A program made the position numbers and the translations under genes. The notes beneath the pieces are model-generated. The model saw only the letters and a list, made by a program, of their open reading frames with translations. It had not been told where the DNA came from and did not search any database. Below, piece by piece: positions 59,511 to 64,000 of a DNA stretch of 64,000 nt (positions are counted from its first letter, which is position 1; each line of letters starts with the position of its first letter). Source of the stretch: Diadema antillarum (lineage: Eukaryota); assembly GCF_040938485.1 (NCBI RefSeq), contig NW_027272215.1, positions 496,001 to 560,000 of the forward strand. The letters are read 5' to 3'.

Positions 59511-60699
59511 ATGAAAACAGCATGATGTGTTTTTAGCAATAGTAGTATTCCTAGGTACGTAATTAAGGCCTACAGGTAACTGACGCACCTCAAGCCTCAC
59601 CTCTCACTTCTCCAACCATGCTGTATTGTGATGTTGGTATACTAGAGTGATACACTGTCAATGCCACTTTTATACTGTTCTGTCATGGAAATGAGAGCTG
59701 AATTAGCCCATTATACCATGAAATTATAGTTTTAGAAATAATCACGCCCTTAAAAATTGCATCTGCAATCGCAGCCCAAGGATCGTCGGCTTTTAAAAAG
59801 TTGGTAACATGCGCATATAGTGCATTACATATGTGTTGCCTTTTGAGCGGAGAGACTCAAGGGAGCCTATTGTTTACAAGGGCATTTCTTTAGTTCATGT
59901 ATGAGTAAAATTAAGACAATAATTGTTAGCAAGTTTAGGTGTCAATGAGAAAAGAATTTCAAATGTTCCAAATGGCGACCAAGATTACGGGATCCCAAAG
60001 TATATGAACTCAGTTACAACAGTATCATATTATTATCAGCATGCTCGGTCTGCTTCAATTAAAAGTCCCCCCCCCCCCCCCCACACACACACACACACAA
60101 AATGAACATAACAATTTTAGGGGACATTTTTCAAGATATTTGCTTCTCTTTTCCATGCACCTTGCCTCCGAGAATGATGTACTACTTTTCCACAAGACAA
60201 GCTTCTAGAGCAAATGTTCAAAAGCGATGCATTTAGAGCAGAATTTTGCCATCATGTCGGCATAGCGTCACATTGTTGTGTAGCTGGTACAGTGTTAGGT
60301 GTGTGTTAACATATAATGCATGGTTCTTCTCCATAATGGGAAACGGGAAATAATGCCGAGCATGCGGGCTCTTAAAGGGAATGCAAAGTAACCCAAAAAG
60401 CAATGTGTATTGAGTGAAAGCCATAACATTAGTAGAACACATCAGCGAAAGTTTAAAGAAAAACGTACAATCGATGCAAAAGTTACGAATTTTAAAAGTG
60501 TTGGTGTTGGAACTGCTGGGTAAGGAGACTACTAGAGGTTATGACATATGAGTGGACTACAATACAAAGAAAATATAAAGGGAATTCATTAAAATGTATT
60601 TTTTCATAAAATTTACACATTCCAAAAACTTGATACTCACATGTTAGGGGTAGCACGTATTCCCCCTGCTTTGTGAAAGCAGTTAGTCAAGTATGCTAT

Positions 60700-61010
60700 C
60701 ATTTTGAGCTTATATGAAGAACTTGTTTCTGTTCAATCTTGGATTTTTGCAAACAAACTTTCCTTAAATATTGAAAAAAAACTCATTATATTTTGTTTAG
60801 TAACTCCCCACCTGTACTACCTATCTTTGTCAAGATCAACAACATTGATTTGTCACAGGTCAATAGTACAAAATTTTTGGGTCTTTACATTGATAGTGAT
60901 TTATCTTGGAGAACCCATGTAGGTTATGTAAGTAGAATTATTGCTAGAAATACAGGGGTTCTAAACACACTTAGTTATTATTTTCCATGTAATATTCTGA
61001 GATTGTTGAA
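60700..61010 (+). mobile_element. CR1/L2-clade LINE RT C-terminal remnant
   Basis: EELVSVQSWIFANKLSLNIEK; KFLGLYIDSDLSWRTHV. Confidence 0.85.
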
Positions 61011-61013
61011 ACC

Positions 61014-61496
61014 TGAAAAAAAAATCATGCATGCTTTCACATTTGTTTTTTTTTTCCATTTGTTATTTTTGTTTTTTTCCCTTTAATGCATGCAAGGGCC
61101 ATGGAAATGGTTGGAGGGAGCCCATACCTAGCCCTGTTATGTCTAGAAATTGCATTTTCTTCACATAATTGATCGGAAATTACCCCCAAATCTGTTAATC
61201 AGAACCCCCATCATTGCAATGTCTCCAGTAACAATGTACATTGCTTGAGCTCGAGCAGCTTGCACGTGCACGATCAGATTGTGCATGTGCCCAAATACCC
61301 CTCCCCCATCACGCTGTTTCCACGGTCCTTGAATGTTTGACATGAATGTTTGACATAATTTAGGATAAGGTTAAACTTAGCCTATAGAACCGATGGAAAA
61401 AAAAAATTGATTGGTCATCCGCGTCTCCGCGTCCCTTTTCATGCAAACTTGGGGTCATGACCCTCACCATCCATACTGCACTATTGTTATCACTTG
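61014..61496. repeat. ~480-bp direct repeat, copy 1 (copy 2 at 63509-64000, runs off the window)
   Basis: Near-identical sequence from tgaaaaaaaaatcatgcatgctttcac to ttgttatcacttg; offset 2495 bp. Confidence 0.95.
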
Positions 61497-61667
61497 CTTG
61501 TAGTACACCATGGTGCGAATACATCTCAATACTGACGTTTGAATCACGATTACAGTAACATTACTATTCAATCATCCTCCGATATTGTAGCTTGCATTTC
61601 ATTTGCTTTCCCACTCATTGACGGTCTTCGTGTTTCAGAGACGCAAAAAGAAGCAAAATCTTGCGGG

Positions 61668-62276
61668 ATGGCACAAGATCAAGGTAAAAGCATGTACGCA
61701 TTGGCTGCTGAGGTAAGTATGAGTTCAACTGTGAATGTGTCTGTGAGTGATAGACCTATGTGTGATGATTTGGGAATAGGAGAAGATGTTCTGATGGCGA
61801 TCGTAAACGAGAGACCGATCGAATGGACAAAGTTGAATGGTGCACTTTTGGTTAACGGTGTCGTTTTAGAATTGTACAAATGGACAAGAAGGTGTAAGTA
61901 TCAAGTCAACATAATATTCAATCTAATGCAAGCATTGTTTCAGGTAAACATTGCTCAGATAGACAAGACCTGCCTTCGTTTGAAGATAGCGAGGTTGGCC
62001 GATCAAGAGCGGAGGCTCAAAAAAACTAAAAGAGGAAGTGGCGTAGAGAAATTAAGGGCGTTCCTACGAACGCTCTTTCAATTTCCAAGTGCCAGATCTG
62101 GTAGAGTGGGGTATGGAGAAAGAGAAGAGGGAGAAAGGGAGCAAGGAGAGGAGGTAAGACAGGGAACAGGAGAGGTGGAAGGAGTGGAAATAGAAGGGGA
62201 AACAAGGAGAACAGGTGGGGATGAAGGAAAAGAAAGGATGGAGCCTCCACTGAGGGAGAGAAGAGAAACTGGGTAA
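61668..62276 (+). CDS. Orphan ORF (202 aa): helical N-terminal region plus G/E/R-rich tail; possibly the truncated N-terminus of a transposon protein
   Basis: ATG at 61668. LLVNGVVLELYKW...LMQALFQ...LRLKIARL...KLRAFLRTLFQFP, then a purine-rich low-complexity tail. A possible donor gag|gtaagt at 61712 makes the gene structure uncertain. Confidence 0.4.
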   Translation: MAQDQGKSMYALAAEVSMSSTVNVSVSDRPMCDDLGIGEDVLMAIVNERPIEWTKLNGALLVNGVVLELYKWTRRCKYQVNIIFNLMQALFQVNIAQIDKTCLRLKIARLADQERRLKKTKRGSGVEKLRAFLRTLFQFPSARSGRVGYGEREEGEREQGEEVRQGTGEVEGVEIEGETRRTGGDEGKERMEPPLRERRETG

Positions 62277-62379
62277 TAAGTCTAACAAAGTTTGTATTGA
62301 AAGTATTATTTCAAATGGTGATATTGTTGTAGATAAAAATGATATGGTCAATAATATATTAAATGATTATTTTGTTAAT

Positions 62380-63375
62380 ATCAGTTTTAATCTCACTAAT
62401 GACGTGCAATATTTTAACAGTGTTTATGAACGGCAGCTGAATGTAAATGAACGAACTGCGTATTTTACTCCCATAACCAGTATTAAAGGTGATTATTGAT
62501 GTTGTGTGTGATTTCAAGAGTGGAACGAGTGCAAGATATGACGGTATTGACATTAATGTTGTTAAACAAATCATTCATCTTATTGCCTCGCCACTTTCAT
62601 CTATTTTTAACGCTTGTGTGTCTAAAAAAATAGTGTTTTTCCTGATAGACTAAAATTAGCAAAGGTCGTTAATGTACATAAGGGTGGCAAAGTTGATGAT
62701 GTAACAAACTATCGCCCGATTTCTGTATTGTCATTGTTTTCTAAGATTTTTGAGAAATGTCTTTATAACAAATTATATGATTTTTTGTCTTCGTGCAATA
62801 TTGTCAGATATTATACGGTTTCAGGTAGGGGCACTCCGCATCAATGGCCCTTCTTGATTTCATTCATAAAGCTACTTTAGCTTTAGATAATAAAGAATAT
62901 TTTGCTGGATTATTTCTTGATTTAAGTAAACCATTTGATACGTTAGATCATTCAATTTTGTTAAGTAAATTATACGATTATGGAATACGCAGGAATTTAT
63001 GGCATTTGTTTGAGAATTATCTGTCTAATCGATATCAGTTTGTATCTGTGGATAATCACTGTTCTTTATCTAATATAAACCTATTCGTTGCGGAGTGCCT
63101 CAAGGTTCAATATTGGGACCATTATTATTTTTGATATACATCAATGATATTTGTGATTCATCTCAGTTATCGAGTTTCATACTTTTTGCCGGCGACACCA
63201 GCGTTTTCATGTCAAATAATGATATAACGGTTTTAATTGACTCATTTAATGACGAATTGAGAAAGCTGAATAAATGGTTGGTTAATAACAGATTAGTATT
63301 GAATAGTAAAAAAACAAAATATATGTTATTCACTTATAAAAAGGCAAATATTGATAGCATAACTATCAATTAATA
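62380..63375 (+). mobile_element. CR1-clade LINE reverse transcriptase remnant
   Basis: YRPISVLSLFSKIFEK, GLFLDLSKPFDTLDHSILLSKLYDYGIR, VPQGSILGPLLFLIYIND and LFAGDT (degenerate FADD). Frameshifted. Confidence 0.92.
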
Positions 63376-63508
63376 TATAGTAAATATTGATAGCATATAA
63401 AACTGTGAAGGCCTAGTTAGATACTTGATATTTCTTAGTGTCAGAGCATAAGAGTTATGATTGTGTATTATGTACCACACTACATCACCATCAAAGAATG
63501 TTGAACAA

Positions 63509-64000
63509 TGAAAAAAAAAAATCATGCATGCTTTCACATTTGTTTGTTTTTTTCTGTTTGTTATTTTTATTTTTTTCTCTCTTTAATGCATGCAAGGGCC
63601 ATGGAAATGGTTGGAGGGAGCCCATACCTAGCCCTGTTATATCTAGTACATTGCATTTTCTTCACATAATTGATCAGAAATTACCCCCCAAATCTGTTAA
63701 TCAGAACCCCATCATTGCAATGTCTCCAATAACAATGTACATTGCTTGAGCTCGAGCAGCTTGCACGTGCACGATCAGATTGTGCATGTGCCCAAATACC
63801 CCTCCCCCATCACGCTGTTTCCACGGTCCTTGAATGTTTGACATGAATGTTTGACAAAATTTAGGATAAAGTTAAACTTAGCCTATAGAACCGATGGAAA
63901 AAAAAAATTGATTGATCATCCGCGTCTCCGCGTCCCTTTTCGTGCAAACTTGGGGTCATGACCCTCACCACCCATACTGCACTATAATTGTTATCACTTG
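63509..64000. repeat. ~480-bp direct repeat, copy 2
   Basis: See 61014-61496. Confidence 0.95.

Overview
AT-rich, intron-containing animal genomic DNA. The repeat families and intron style suggest an echinoderm, probably a sea urchin; this is an inference. (1) 1-17 kb: four phase-compatible exons of a cathepsin C (dipeptidyl peptidase I)-like gene on + (5947-16069), with the catalytic Gln/Cys/His/Asn motifs intact. Its signal-peptide/N-terminal exon was not found, and its introns are full of MITEs. (2) 23-45.6 kb: a dense, mostly + strand field of decayed, often spliced and tandemly duplicated gene pieces. These include a triplicated HECT-associated exon and a HECT remnant, intron-bounded tyrosine-recombinase exons, a Ginger-type integrase, ParB-like and OB-fold-like exons, an Axin-RGS/Tudor chimera between direct repeats, two BEN domains and a CMC/EnSpm transposase remnant. 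An intact Tc1 DD34E element (29478-31371) interrupts this field. (3) 47.8-56.6 kb: a Sola2-type DNA transposon whose transposase can be spliced into a 1053-aa protein with a C-terminal Tudor/SH3-like barrel. It carries a Mutator-type MITE, a Penelope-like fragment with a hammerhead-like motif, and a 171-bp tandem array. (4) 58-64 kb: P-element, Harbinger-like and CR1 remnants, plus a ~480-bp direct repeat enclosing an orphan ORF. All domain calls come from motif recognition by eye, not from database searches.
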